From Myxococcaceae bacterium (GTDB lineage: Bacteria > Myxococcota > Myxococcia > Myxococcales > Myxococcaceae): 35,976 bases of DNA. Each line of letters starts with the position of its first letter. Position 1 is the first letter of the stretch. The stretch covers positions 1 to 35,976 of the forward strand of contig DASXGF010000271.1 of assembly GCA_036489275.1 (NCBI GenBank), in the 5' to 3' direction. Positions 7,776-16,288 of this stretch are shown piece after piece. A program made the translations under genes and the position numbers. The notes below the pieces were generated by a model that saw only the letters and a list, made by a program, of their open reading frames with translations, had not been told where the DNA came from and ran no database searches.

Positions 7776-9542
7776 ATGAGCGACGCGCCGCGATTCCTCG
7801 GAACCGCCCTGCTGCTCGCGAGCACCGCAGCCTACGCCGCCGATGCAGACCGGACCTCGGTGACCGCGGTCGGCAAGTGCGACGAGGCGAGCGCCATCGC
7901 CGCCCGGAGCTTCCGCTCGGCGCTCGCCGCGAAGCCCGGGGTGAAGGTGGCGTCGGAGGCGGAGACGGCGCAGCCGTTCGGCGGGACCACCGACCGCAAC
8001 CTGTCCGCGGTGACAGGCGCCATCTCCTCGGCGCGGAGCGACTTCTACGGTGGGCAGGCCGCGCAGGCGAAGACGACGCTGCACGGCGCGCTGGACGACG
8101 TGACGCGGCTGCCGCCGTCCGACGCGCGCTGGGCCGCCGAGCGCGACGGCCTCACCTTGCTCGCGCAGATGCTCCAGAAGTCGGACCCCAAGGGCGCCGA
8201 GGCCGCGCTCAACCGCGTCTTCCGGGTCGAGCCCGACTACCAGCCGGACACTGCGAACTATCCGCCCTCGTTCCAGAAGTACGTGAACGGCATCCGGAAG
8301 GCGGCGAAGAAGAAGAGCACCACGCGTCTGGACATCACCACCTCGCCGCCGGGGAAACCGGTCTACCTGGGCGGGCGCAAGGTCGGCGTGGGGCCGGTGA
8401 GCGTGCGCGTGCCGCCCGGCGAGTACCGCGTCGAGGCGGACTGGGGACATCGGGGCGCGGTCCGCACCATCACCGTGCCCACCACCCCGGTGGAGCTGAG
8501 CGCCGGCGTGGAGGGCGCGGTGTTCCCGGACGGCGGGCCTTGCATCGAGGCCACCGAGCCGTCGACGGCGCTGGCCCGCGCGGCGAGGCTCACCGGGGGC
8601 GCCCGCGTCATCGGCGTACATCCCGAAGTCGCCGGCGAGGACAGCTTCGTCGTGGCGACCTCGGTGAACGGGCAGGGCCAGGACGTGCGTGAGGCGCGGG
8701 TCAAGGTGCAGCCGGGCGCCTCCACCACCGAGGCCCTCGGCCTGCTGGCGGACTGGGCGGCGAAGGGCGGCGCGGCGGATGCTCCGGTGGAGGTGACCCG
8801 GGGGCCCGGGGCGAAGTCGCTCGTGGTGGCGCCGGTGGTGGCCGCAGGCGCCGCGGCAGGAGCAGCCGGAGCCGCGGCGGCGACGAGTCCGACGACGCCC
8901 GCTCCGGCGGCGGCCCCCGCGAGCACTGGTTACGATCCGAACGCCACGCACTTCGAGGCAGCGTTGCGCGTGGGCTTCGGGCTCCCGCTGGGGTCGGCAT
9001 ACCAGACGACCTCCGGGAGCGACGTCAGCCTCGGTGACTGGAGCTCCTTCACCATCCCGCTGCAGCTCGACCTGGGAGTCCGGCTCGGAGGGTCCTGGTT
9101 CCTCGGCGCGTACTTCTCCTACGGATTTGCAGGGTCTGCCTCAGTGGCGTTCGCCAGCTTCACGTGCGGAGTCAGCGACGTGAAGTGCTCGCCCAGCACG
9201 CTGCGCTTCGGAGGCCAGGTCCACTGGCATCCTCTCGGCAACGCCTCGACGGACCCGTGGATCGGGCTCGGTTCCGGATACGAGCGCGTGAACCTGGGGG
9301 TGAGCGGCTCGACGGGCGAAGGCTCACTCAACCTGAGCGGCTGGGAGTTCGCCAATGTCCAGCTCGGCCTCGATTTCGCCCTCGGCTCCGCCGTGAAGAT
9401 CGGCCCCTGGGTCAGCTTCTCCATCGGCCAGTACGGCTCGATCGGCGGCTCGAGCGGAGGCTCGGGCATCTCCGGCGACATCACCAACAAGACCATCCAC
9501 GAGTGGGTGATGGGTGGCGTCCGCCTCGTCATCCTTCCCTGA
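7776..9542 (+). CDS. Secreted PEGA-domain protein with C-terminal outer-membrane beta-barrel-like domain
   Basis: ATG at 7776 after GGGGAGGGG. Signal peptide MSDAPRFLGTALLLASTAAYA|AD. PEGA-like module (LDITTSPPGKPVYLGGRKVGVGPVSVRVPPGEYRVEA). An Ala/Pro linker precedes ~200 C-terminal aa of alternating hydrophobic, Gly/aromatic-rich strands (LRVGFGLPLG, LGVRLGGSWFLGAYFSYGF, WIGLGSGYERVNLG, WEFANVQLGLDFAL). Confidence 0.8.
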   Translation: MSDAPRFLGTALLLASTAAYAADADRTSVTAVGKCDEASAIAARSFRSALAAKPGVKVASEAETAQPFGGTTDRNLSAVTGAISSARSDFYGGQAAQAKTTLHGALDDVTRLPPSDARWAAERDGLTLLAQMLQKSDPKGAEAALNRVFRVEPDYQPDTANYPPSFQKYVNGIRKAAKKKSTTRLDITTSPPGKPVYLGGRKVGVGPVSVRVPPGEYRVEADWGHRGAVRTITVPTTPVELSAGVEGAVFPDGGPCIEATEPSTALARAARLTGGARVIGVHPEVAGEDSFVVATSVNGQGQDVREARVKVQPGASTTEALGLLADWAAKGGAADAPVEVTRGPGAKSLVVAPVVAAGAAAGAAGAAAATSPTTPAPAAAPASTGYDPNATHFEAALRVGFGLPLGSAYQTTSGSDVSLGDWSSFTIPLQLDLGVRLGGSWFLGAYFSYGFAGSASVAFASFTCGVSDVKCSPSTLRFGGQVHWHPLGNASTDPWIGLGSGYERVNLGVSGSTGEGSLNLSGWEFANVQLGLDFALGSAVKIGPWVSFSIGQYGSIGGSSGGSGISGDITNKTIHEWVMGGVRLVILP

Positions 9543-9571
9543 ATCGGGGCCAGAGCGGGGTTGCTCCCGGC

Positions 9572-9595
9572 GCGCCGAGCGGCGACTCTCGGCGC
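9572..9595 (+). terminator. GC-rich hairpin between the PEGA/barrel gene and the aminotransferase start
   Basis: gcgccgag (9572-9579) and ctcggcgc (9588-9595) form an 8-bp perfect stem with an 8-nt loop, ending 1 nt before the ATG at 9597. There is no U-tract, so it could be a terminator or a translation-modulating structure. Confidence 0.25.
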
Positions 9596-9596
9596 C

Positions 9597-10934
9597 ATGC
9601 CGTCCACTCCCACCGCCGCCGCCGGGGAGCTCTCCCTGGAAGAGCTCTGGATGCCGTTCACCTCCAACCGGGCCTTCAAGCGGGCGCCGCGGCTCCTGGC
9701 CTCGGCGTCGGGCATGCACTACCGCGACGTCGAGGGGCGGACGGTGCTCGATGGGACCTCCGGCCTCTGGTGCGTGAACGCGGGGCACTGCCGCCCGCAC
9801 ATCGTCGAGGCCATCCAGCGCTCGGCTGCGACGCTCGACTTCGCCCCCGGCTTCCAGATGGGGCATCCGGCCAGCTTCGCCCTCGCGCGCGAGGTGGCTG
9901 CGCTCGCTCCCGGCGACCTGGACCACGTCTTCTTCGCCAACTCGGGCTCGGAGGCGGTGGACTCGGCGCTGAAGATCGCGCTCGCCTACCACCAGGCCCG
10001 CGGCGAGCCCGAACGGGTTCGCTTCGTGGGACGGCTGCGCGGCTACCACGGCGTGGGGTTCGGCGGGATCAGCGTGGGTGGCATCGAGCCCAACAAGAAG
10101 ACGTTCGCCGCGCAGCTCCTGCCCCAGGTCGATCACCTGCCACACACCCACGACCTCGCGCACAACGCCTTCTCCCGGGGACAGCCGGCGTGGGGTGCGC
10201 ACCTCGCGGACGCGCTCGAAGAGATCGTCGCCCGCCGTGGTGCGCGCACCATCGCCGCGGTCATCGTCGAGCCGATGGCCGGATCGACCGGCGTGCTGGT
10301 CCCACCGAAGGGCTACCTCGAGAAGCTCCGGGCGATCTGCGACGTGCACGGGCTGCTCCTCATCTTCGACGAGGTCATCACCGGCTTCGGCCGTCTGGGG
10401 ACGCCCTTCGGCGCCGACTACTTCCGCGTCCAGCCGGACATGCTGACCGTGGCCAAGGGCATCACCAACGGAGCGGTGCCGATGGGAGCGGTCGTCGTGC
10501 GCCGGGGAATTTACGAGTCGGTGGTGGATGCCACCGAGTCGGGCATCGAGTTCTTCCACGGCTACACTTACTCGGGTCACCCGCTGGCCTGCGCTGCGGG
10601 CCTGGCCACCCTCGAGCTCTACCGGCGCGAGGGGCTGTTCCAGCGCGCGGCGGAGCTCGCTCCGTTCTGGCAGGACGCGGTCCACTCGCTGAAGGGACTG
10701 CCGCACGTCATCGACGTCCGGAACCTCGGGCTGGTGGCGGGCATCGAGCTCGAGCCACGCGCGGGGAAGGTCGGCGGCCGCGGCTACGACGCCCTGGTCG
10801 AGGCGTTCCGGAGCGGGCTGCTCCTCCGCGTCACCGGGGACATCATCGCCCTGTCGCCTCCGCTGATCATCGAGCGAGCGCAGATCGAGCAGATGGTGGA
10901 CCTCCTCGGCGGCGTGCTGAAGAAGCTGGCGTGA
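9597..10934 (+). CDS. Class-III PLP aminotransferase (omega-amino acid / beta-alanine:pyruvate transaminase-like)
   Basis: ATG at 9597. Motifs: LWCVNAGH, FFANSGSEAVDSALK, LLIFDEVITGFGRLG, PLP lysine in LTVAKGITNG, and HGYTYSGHPLACAA. Confidence 0.9.
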   Translation: MPSTPTAAAGELSLEELWMPFTSNRAFKRAPRLLASASGMHYRDVEGRTVLDGTSGLWCVNAGHCRPHIVEAIQRSAATLDFAPGFQMGHPASFALAREVAALAPGDLDHVFFANSGSEAVDSALKIALAYHQARGEPERVRFVGRLRGYHGVGFGGISVGGIEPNKKTFAAQLLPQVDHLPHTHDLAHNAFSRGQPAWGAHLADALEEIVARRGARTIAAVIVEPMAGSTGVLVPPKGYLEKLRAICDVHGLLLIFDEVITGFGRLGTPFGADYFRVQPDMLTVAKGITNGAVPMGAVVVRRGIYESVVDATESGIEFFHGYTYSGHPLACAAGLATLELYRREGLFQRAAELAPFWQDAVHSLKGLPHVIDVRNLGLVAGIELEPRAGKVGGRGYDALVEAFRSGLLLRVTGDIIALSPPLIIERAQIEQMVDLLGGVLKKLA

Positions 10935-10959
10935 GCCCGGGACGCGCGGCTGCGGGGGG

Positions 10960-11442
10960 CTAGAGCGTCCGGTACATCACCAGCGCGTCGACGAATCCCT
11001 CGGTCGGGTGCTGGAACGCGCCCGGCAGCCGGCAGAGGGTCTCGAAGCCCATCGTCGTCCACAGATGCACCGCCGGGGCGTTGGTACCCACGACGATGTT
11101 GAACTGCATCGCACGGTAGCCGCGGGCCCGCGCGTGCTCGAGCGAGTGGCCGCACATCGCGCGGGCGATGCCCCTGCCCGAGGCCCAGGGCGCGGTGGCG
11201 TAGCCGCAGTTGGCCACGTGGCTCCCCGGTCCGAGCTGGTTGGGGTGGATGAAGTAGGTCCCCAGCACCTGGCCGCCGTCCTCGGCGACGAACACCTCGT
11301 GGCCCGGGGCGCGCCACCAGGCGAGGACGTCGTCGCGGCCCATGTCCCTCGGGAGGGCGTAGGTCTCGCCGGCGCGGACGATGGGCTCGAGGACGGACCA
11401 GAGGGCGTCGGCATCGCTCGGGCGGGCGGGGCGGATGTTCAT
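10960..11442 (-). CDS. GNAT-family N-acetyltransferase (160 aa)
   Basis: ATG at 11442 (MNIRPARPSDADALW...). The acetyl-CoA-binding-like segment is APWASGRGIARAM. The rest of the 381-aa track ORF upstream is S/R/P-rich shadow. Confidence 0.85.
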   Translation of the reverse strand: MNIRPARPSDADALWSVLEPIVRAGETYALPRDMGRDDVLAWWRAPGHEVFVAEDGGQVLGTYFIHPNQLGPGSHVANCGYATAPWASGRGIARAMCGHSLEHARARGYRAMQFNIVVGTNAPAVHLWTTMGFETLCRLPGAFQHPTEGFVDALVMYRTL

Positions 11443-11539
11443 GGCCGGGAAGGGCGCGGAGGCAGCGGGAGCCCGGGCGTCCGCTTCGCTGGACAACGGG
11501 CCGTCCAGTCCGCATACCAGGGCGGGAGGCTCCTGGTCG

Positions 11540-13003
11540 ATGCGCCGCTGGACCGTGCTGCTGGTCGTTGCCCTGGGCCTCGCCGCGTGCAAGCGCGAGC
11601 GCAGCACCCCGGCTCCGGCTCCGGCGCCCGCACCGGAGGCGTCGCTGCCGCTCCTGCCGGACGGCGGGGTCGACCTGGGCCGGGGCGCCATCTCCGCGCC
11701 GGAGGTGGACCTCCCGTCCCTCGCGCCGCTGGTGGAGCGCATCAGCCCCGCCGTGGTCAGCCTCGCCGTGCTGGCCTCGCCGAAGGTGCCGCCTGGCCAC
11801 GAGCGCTTCTTCGGGCGTCGAAAGGCCCCGACCGAGGAGCGCGCCGGTTCCGGCTTCGTGGTCGACCGCTCGGGTCTGGTGGTGACCAACGACCACGTGG
11901 TCGATGGGGCGAGCGCGATCTCCGTGCGGCTGGCGGACGGCCGCCGCTTCGACGCCGACCTCGTCGGGCGCGACATGCCCACCGACCTCGCGCTGGTCCG
12001 GATCCGCGAGCCTCCGCAGGACCTCCCGGTGGAGCGGCTCGGGGACTCCGACAAGCTCCGCGTGGGCGACTGGCTCCTGGCGATCGGAAATCCGTTCGGA
12101 CTCAATACAAGCGTGTCGCTGGGTATCCTCAGCGCGACGGCGCGCGACCTCGGCTCGGGCCCCTACGACGAGTTCCTCCAGACCGACGCGGCCATCAACC
12201 CCGGAAACTCCGGCGGTCCGCTCTTCGACATGAACGGCGAGGTCGTCGGGGTGAACACCGCCATCGTCAACAGCGACAGCGGCGGCCGCATCGGCTTCGC
12301 CATCCCGGCGTCGCTGGTCCGGGCGCTCCTCCCGCAGCTGCAGCGCTCGGGCGGCGTGCGGCGGGGCGCGCTCGGCGTCTACAGCCAGGAGCTCACCGCG
12401 GAGCTGGCGACGGCGCTGGGCCTCTCCGGCCGCCACGGCGCGGTGGTGAACGGCTTCGTCCCGGGTTCCTCCGGCCGCGCGGCGGGCCTCGCAGTGGACG
12501 ACGTCATCGTCTCGCTCGACGGACGTCCCATCGAGTCGGCGCGCGCCCTCACCCGGCTCGTCGGCCTGCGCCGGCCCGGTGACGTGGTGAAGCTCGGCGT
12601 CCTCCGCGGCGGCCAGGCGGCGACGATCGGCGTGCGCCTCGGCGAGCGCACCGACCTCGAGGGCTCCGGCCCGCTCCGTCCCGCCCCGGAGCCGGAGCAG
12701 CCCGAGACCGGGCAGGTGGTGCCGATGCGCCTCGGGGTGGAGATCGGCGCGGTGCCTCCGGACGTCGAGGCGGCCGTCGGAGTGCACGGGGCCGGCGCGC
12801 TGGTGCTGTCGGTCGAGCCCGGCTCACCCGCCGAGCGCGCGGGGCTCCAGCCCGGGCTGGTCATCGTCGAGGTTGCGGGGCACCCGGTTCACTCGGCCGA
12901 GGAGGCCAGCGCGCTCATCCGCGCCGCGGGGAGCAGCCCTCCCATCGTCTTCCGGCTGGTGGGACCGGGCAGCATCTCGGCGGTGGCCTCGGTCCAGCCC
13001 TAG
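11540..13003 (+). CDS. htrA: HtrA/DegP-family serine endoprotease with two PDZ domains, lipoprotein-type signal
   Basis: ATG at 11540 after GGGAGG. Signal MRRWTVLLVVALGLAAC. Catalytic triad contexts are TNDHVV, TDLALVRI and GNSGGPLF, followed by two PDZ-like segments. Confidence 0.9.
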   Translation: MRRWTVLLVVALGLAACKRERSTPAPAPAPAPEASLPLLPDGGVDLGRGAISAPEVDLPSLAPLVERISPAVVSLAVLASPKVPPGHERFFGRRKAPTEERAGSGFVVDRSGLVVTNDHVVDGASAISVRLADGRRFDADLVGRDMPTDLALVRIREPPQDLPVERLGDSDKLRVGDWLLAIGNPFGLNTSVSLGILSATARDLGSGPYDEFLQTDAAINPGNSGGPLFDMNGEVVGVNTAIVNSDSGGRIGFAIPASLVRALLPQLQRSGGVRRGALGVYSQELTAELATALGLSGRHGAVVNGFVPGSSGRAAGLAVDDVIVSLDGRPIESARALTRLVGLRRPGDVVKLGVLRGGQAATIGVRLGERTDLEGSGPLRPAPEPEQPETGQVVPMRLGVEIGAVPPDVEAAVGVHGAGALVLSVEPGSPAERAGLQPGLVIVEVAGHPVHSAEEASALIRAAGSSPPIVFRLVGPGSISAVASVQP

Positions 13004-13527
13004 AGGGCCGGCGGCAGCGGCCGGACGAGGTTCCCGTCGCCGTCCGAGCCCTCCCGGGTGACCCCGGTCGCGTACTCCACGACGCCGAAGACGCCCGCGG
13101 GCCCGGGTGGCCGGCAGCTGAACCGCAAGCTGATGGCATCGGGGTCTCCTGGGCGGATGCGCCGGAGGTGCCGCTCCAGGGTGACCTCCTCGCCCTGCCG
13201 GACCCGCGCCGGCAGCAGCGGGGCCCTCTGCACGTCGGGGACCAGCACCTCGTCGTTGCCCAGGTCGGCGTGGGCGTCGAGCGCGAGCCGGCCCTCCCGG
13301 CCTGCGCGGACCGCGGCGCGGACCAGCATTCCCCCGTCGGACTCGCGGGCCAGGCTCCAGCGCTCCAGCCGCAGGCACGCGCCGAGCGCGTGCAGGTGCT
13401 CCTTCTGCTTGACCTCACGTTCGTGGAGCTCGCGCAGGAGCTGGAGCCGTGGGCCCAGCACGTTGCCCACGAAGAGCCCGAGCAGGAGGGCCACCAGCGG
13501 CACACCGATGATCCAGGGGCGAGGCAT
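13000..13527 (-). CDS. Hypothetical single-pass membrane-anchored protein
   Basis: ATG at 13527 (MPRPWIIGVPLVALLLGLFVGNVL...), with an alternative GTG at 13539. High-GC3 frame, no recognisable domain. The stop overlaps the htrA stop by 3 bp (4 bp counted as feature coordinates, 13000-13003). Confidence 0.6.
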   Translation of the reverse strand: MPRPWIIGVPLVALLLGLFVGNVLGPRLQLLRELHEREVKQKEHLHALGACLRLERWSLARESDGGMLVRAAVRAGREGRLALDAHADLGNDEVLVPDVQRAPLLPARVRQGEEVTLERHLRRIRPGDPDAISLRFSCRPPGPAGVFGVVEYATGVTREGSDGDGNLVRPLPPAL

Positions 13528-13585
13528 GACGCAACGCACTCACCCTACCGTCCCGCGCGGTGCTCGGCTAAGGGTCTGGGCGCCC

Positions 13586-15817
13586 ATGGTTCTGACCTCC
13601 ACCCTTCTCATGCTCGCCGCCACGCCTGCTCCTCCGCCGCCGGATCCGGTCCTTCGCCAGCTCGCCGAGACCCGGAAGTTCCAGAATGGTGCGCCGAACT
13701 CTCTGAAGATGGACCGGAGCGGCGCGCACGTCTTCTTCCTCCGCTCGCCGGCGGACTCGCCCGTTCAGTCGCTCTACGTCTTCGAGGTCGATGCCGGGCA
13801 GGCCCGCGAGCTGCTCTCGGCCGATGCGCTGCTCAAGGGGACGGAGCAGCAGCTCAGCGCCGCGGAGAAGGCGCAGCTCGAGCGGCGGCGTGTCGCTGCG
13901 CGCGGGCTGGTCAGCTACCAGCTCTCGGACGACGGGAAGACGGTGATCGCCCCGTTGTCCGGGCGGCTCTACCGGGTGGACGTCGCCGGCCTCCTCGCCG
14001 GACGCACCGTGGAGCAGTCGGTGAAGGCGCTGCCGCCCACCGGCGTGCTCGACCCGCGCCTGTCGCCCGACGCGAAGTCGGTCAGCTACGTGAAGGGAGG
14101 CGACCTCTACGTCAGCGACCTCGCCGGCGGGAAGGAGCGCCGCCTCACCACCGGAGGATCGGACCGCCTGACCCACGGGCTCGCCGAGTTCGTCGCCCAG
14201 GAGGAGATGGGCCGCTTCGACGGCGCGTGGTGGAGCCCGGACAGCAAGCAGATCGCCTACGAGGAGTCGGACACGCGGGGGGTGGAGACGTTCACACTCG
14301 GTGACCCGGCGCACCCGGAGCTGCCATTCCAGACCGTGCCCTATCCGCGGCCCGGCAAGCCCAACGCCAAGGTGCGGCTGGGCCTCGTCCCGGCGACCGG
14401 GAACCCCAAGACCACCTGGGTGAAGTGGGATGCGGAGAAGTACCCGTACCTCACGCAGGTGAGGTGGCCCCGGAAGGGCGTGCTCACCATCTACGTGATG
14501 GACCGGGTGCAGCAGCACGCGCTCCTGCTCGCGGTGGATCCGAAGACCGGAGCGACCCGGACGCTGCTCGAGGAGCAGGATCCGGCGTGGATCAACCTCC
14601 AGCACTTCGGTTCGGAGCGGCGCGGTGAGCCGTACCCGCTCTGGCTCCCCGACGGCTCGGCGTTCTTCTGGGTCACCGAGCGGAACGGAGCGCCCGAGGC
14701 GGAGATCCGCGGCTCGGACGGCCGGCGGCTCGGGAGCTGGGTGCGGCCGGACCAGCAGCTGTTCCGGATCATCGGCTACGACAACAGCGAGCGCGCGCTG
14801 TACTACCAGGCCAGCCCCGAATCGCCGGACCTGGTCGTGATGCGGGTCCGCGACGGCGGCAACCCGGAGCGGGTGGTGGGGCAGCCCGGCGAACGGGTCC
14901 AGGTCAGCGGGATGATCGCCGAGGACGGGCCGACGCGGCTGGTGTCGATCGAGACGCCCAGCTCGCTGCCGGACTGGTCGGTCTTCGACCGCGGGGGCCG
15001 GTTCATCGGGCGCATTCCGACCGTGCGCGCCACGCCGCTCCGTCCGCCGGCCCCGGAGTACCGGAAGCTCGGCCCGCAGGGCTTCTGGTCCTACGTCCTC
15101 CGCCCGCGTGACGCGCGGCCGGGACAGAAGCTCCCGACCATCGTCTCCATCTACGGTGGCCCGCACTCCAATCACGTGCAGTCCAGCGCGCGCACGCTCC
15201 TCACCGACCAGTGGCTCGCCGATCAGGGCTTCCTGGTGGTGGGGTTCGACAACCGGGGCACGCCTCGCCGCGGCCGGGAGTGGGAGCGCGCCATCCGCGG
15301 CAACTTCGCCGGGGTAGTGATGGAGGACCAGGTGGCCGCGCTGCAGCTGCTCGCGCAGCAGGTCCCCGAGGTGGACATGGCGCGGGTGGGCATCACCGGC
15401 TGGTCCTTCGGCGGCTACGCCTCCGCGCTGGCGGTGCTGAAGCGCCCGGACGTCTACAAGGCGGCGGTGGCGGGCGCACCGGTCACCGACCAGCGCAACT
15501 ACGACACCTTCTACACCGAGCGGTACCTCGGGCTCCCCGATGCGCCGGGCGACATCTACGAAAAGAACTCGCTCTTGCCGCTGGCGCCGGGCCTGGAGCG
15601 GCCGCTGCTCCTCGTCCACGGGACCACCGACGACAACGTCTTCTTCCTGCACTCGCTCCAGCTCTCGGACCGGCTGTTCCGCGCCGGGCGGGTCCACCAG
15701 TTCCTGCCGCTCTCGGGCTTCACGCACATGGTGGCGGACCCGGTGATGCAGGATTCGCTCGAGCGGCGCGTCGTCGAGTTCTTCCGGACGTCGCTCGGAG
15801 TCCCCGAGCCTCGCTGA
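13586..15817 (+). CDS. S9B dipeptidyl-peptidase IV-family serine peptidase (beta-propeller + alpha/beta hydrolase)
   Basis: Has the DPPIV N-terminal propeller pattern (EFVAQEEMGRFDGAWWSPDSKQIAY), nucleophile GWSFGGY, and GTTDDNVFF and GFTHM for Asp/His. Alternative in-frame ATG at 13526 gives a better n-region (MTQRTHPTVPRGARLRVWAP...) but would overlap the divergent gene's start. Confidence 0.9.
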   Translation: MVLTSTLLMLAATPAPPPPDPVLRQLAETRKFQNGAPNSLKMDRSGAHVFFLRSPADSPVQSLYVFEVDAGQARELLSADALLKGTEQQLSAAEKAQLERRRVAARGLVSYQLSDDGKTVIAPLSGRLYRVDVAGLLAGRTVEQSVKALPPTGVLDPRLSPDAKSVSYVKGGDLYVSDLAGGKERRLTTGGSDRLTHGLAEFVAQEEMGRFDGAWWSPDSKQIAYEESDTRGVETFTLGDPAHPELPFQTVPYPRPGKPNAKVRLGLVPATGNPKTTWVKWDAEKYPYLTQVRWPRKGVLTIYVMDRVQQHALLLAVDPKTGATRTLLEEQDPAWINLQHFGSERRGEPYPLWLPDGSAFFWVTERNGAPEAEIRGSDGRRLGSWVRPDQQLFRIIGYDNSERALYYQASPESPDLVVMRVRDGGNPERVVGQPGERVQVSGMIAEDGPTRLVSIETPSSLPDWSVFDRGGRFIGRIPTVRATPLRPPAPEYRKLGPQGFWSYVLRPRDARPGQKLPTIVSIYGGPHSNHVQSSARTLLTDQWLADQGFLVVGFDNRGTPRRGREWERAIRGNFAGVVMEDQVAALQLLAQQVPEVDMARVGITGWSFGGYASALAVLKRPDVYKAAVAGAPVTDQRNYDTFYTERYLGLPDAPGDIYEKNSLLPLAPGLERPLLLVHGTTDDNVFFLHSLQLSDRLFRAGRVHQFLPLSGFTHMVADPVMQDSLERRVVEFFRTSLGVPEPR

Positions 15818-15823
15818 CACGAA

Positions 15824-15855
15824 GGCCCGGGACGACGCGATTGCCGGCCCGGGCC
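15824..15855. terminator. Candidate bidirectional hairpin between the convergent DPP-IV and csp genes
   Basis: ggcccggg (15824-15831) pairs with cccgggcc (15848-15855), an 8-bp all-GC stem with a 16-nt loop, in the 62-bp convergent gap. No clear U-tracts. Confidence 0.35.
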
Positions 15856-15879
15856 CGTGGGGACGTCTCGGGTGCGTGG

Positions 15880-16083
15880 CTAGACCGGCTTGACGTTCTG
15901 CGCCTGCAGGCCCTTCGGTCCGCGGCTCACGTCGAACTGCACCTTCTGTCCCTCGGCCAGGGTGCGAAACCCCTCGGACTGGATGGCGGTGTGATGGACG
16001 AAGACGTCCTCGCCTCCGCCGTCCTGGGTGATGAAGCCAAAGCCCTTCGCATCGTTGAACCACTTCACGGTACCGGTTGCCAT
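15880..16083 (-). CDS. cspA: Cold-shock protein, CspA family (67 aa)
   Basis: [35 protein letters not shown]... carries the RNP1 (KGFGFI) and RNP2 (VFVHH) motifs. ATG at 16083. Confidence 0.95.
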   Translation of the reverse strand: MATGTVKWFNDAKGFGFITQDGGGEDVFVHHTAIQSEGFRTLAEGQKVQFDVSRGPKGLQAQNVKPV

Positions 16084-16162
16084 GCGTCTCGCTTTGCTGT
16101 GCTCGCAGTCGGCAGGAAGCGCCGCGCGGTCTCCTGTCCCTAGAGGCGGAGGACGGCCGAAA

Positions 16163-16191
16163 ATTCTGCGCAGGCGCAACACCGCTCGCAA
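16163..16191 (-). promoter_or_regulatory. Candidate sigma70-type promoter for csp
   Basis: On the minus strand: TTGCGA (16191-16186), 17-nt spacer, CAGAAT (16168-16163). This would give a leader of about 70-80 nt, consistent with the long 5' UTRs of csp genes. Confidence 0.3.
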
Positions 16192-16288
16192 GCACGATGA
16201 CATCGGGCAGGAGGTTGACGCGCCGCGGCGTCGCGGGACGGCCACTGCGACAGGGTTGTAGCGCCCGAGGCTTCGACCTCGCGCGCGC

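Noticed and set aside
7397-7825. N-terminal extension of the asparaginase-family ORF to 7825 (506 aa)
   Set aside because: The extension is R/P/A-rich and would bury the twin-arginine signal 140 aa inside the protein. It would also overlap the start of the divergent PEGA/barrel gene. The TTG at 7396 with AGGAG 8 nt upstream gives a proper Tat signal at the N-terminus.
13568-16195. 875-aa minus-strand ORF covering the DPP-IV gene and running into csp
   Set aside because: It is antisense to a gene with clear S9 peptidase motifs. The translation is R/G/P/E/A-rich with no domain pattern. It is a typical high-GC shadow ORF that shares third-position bias with the real frame.
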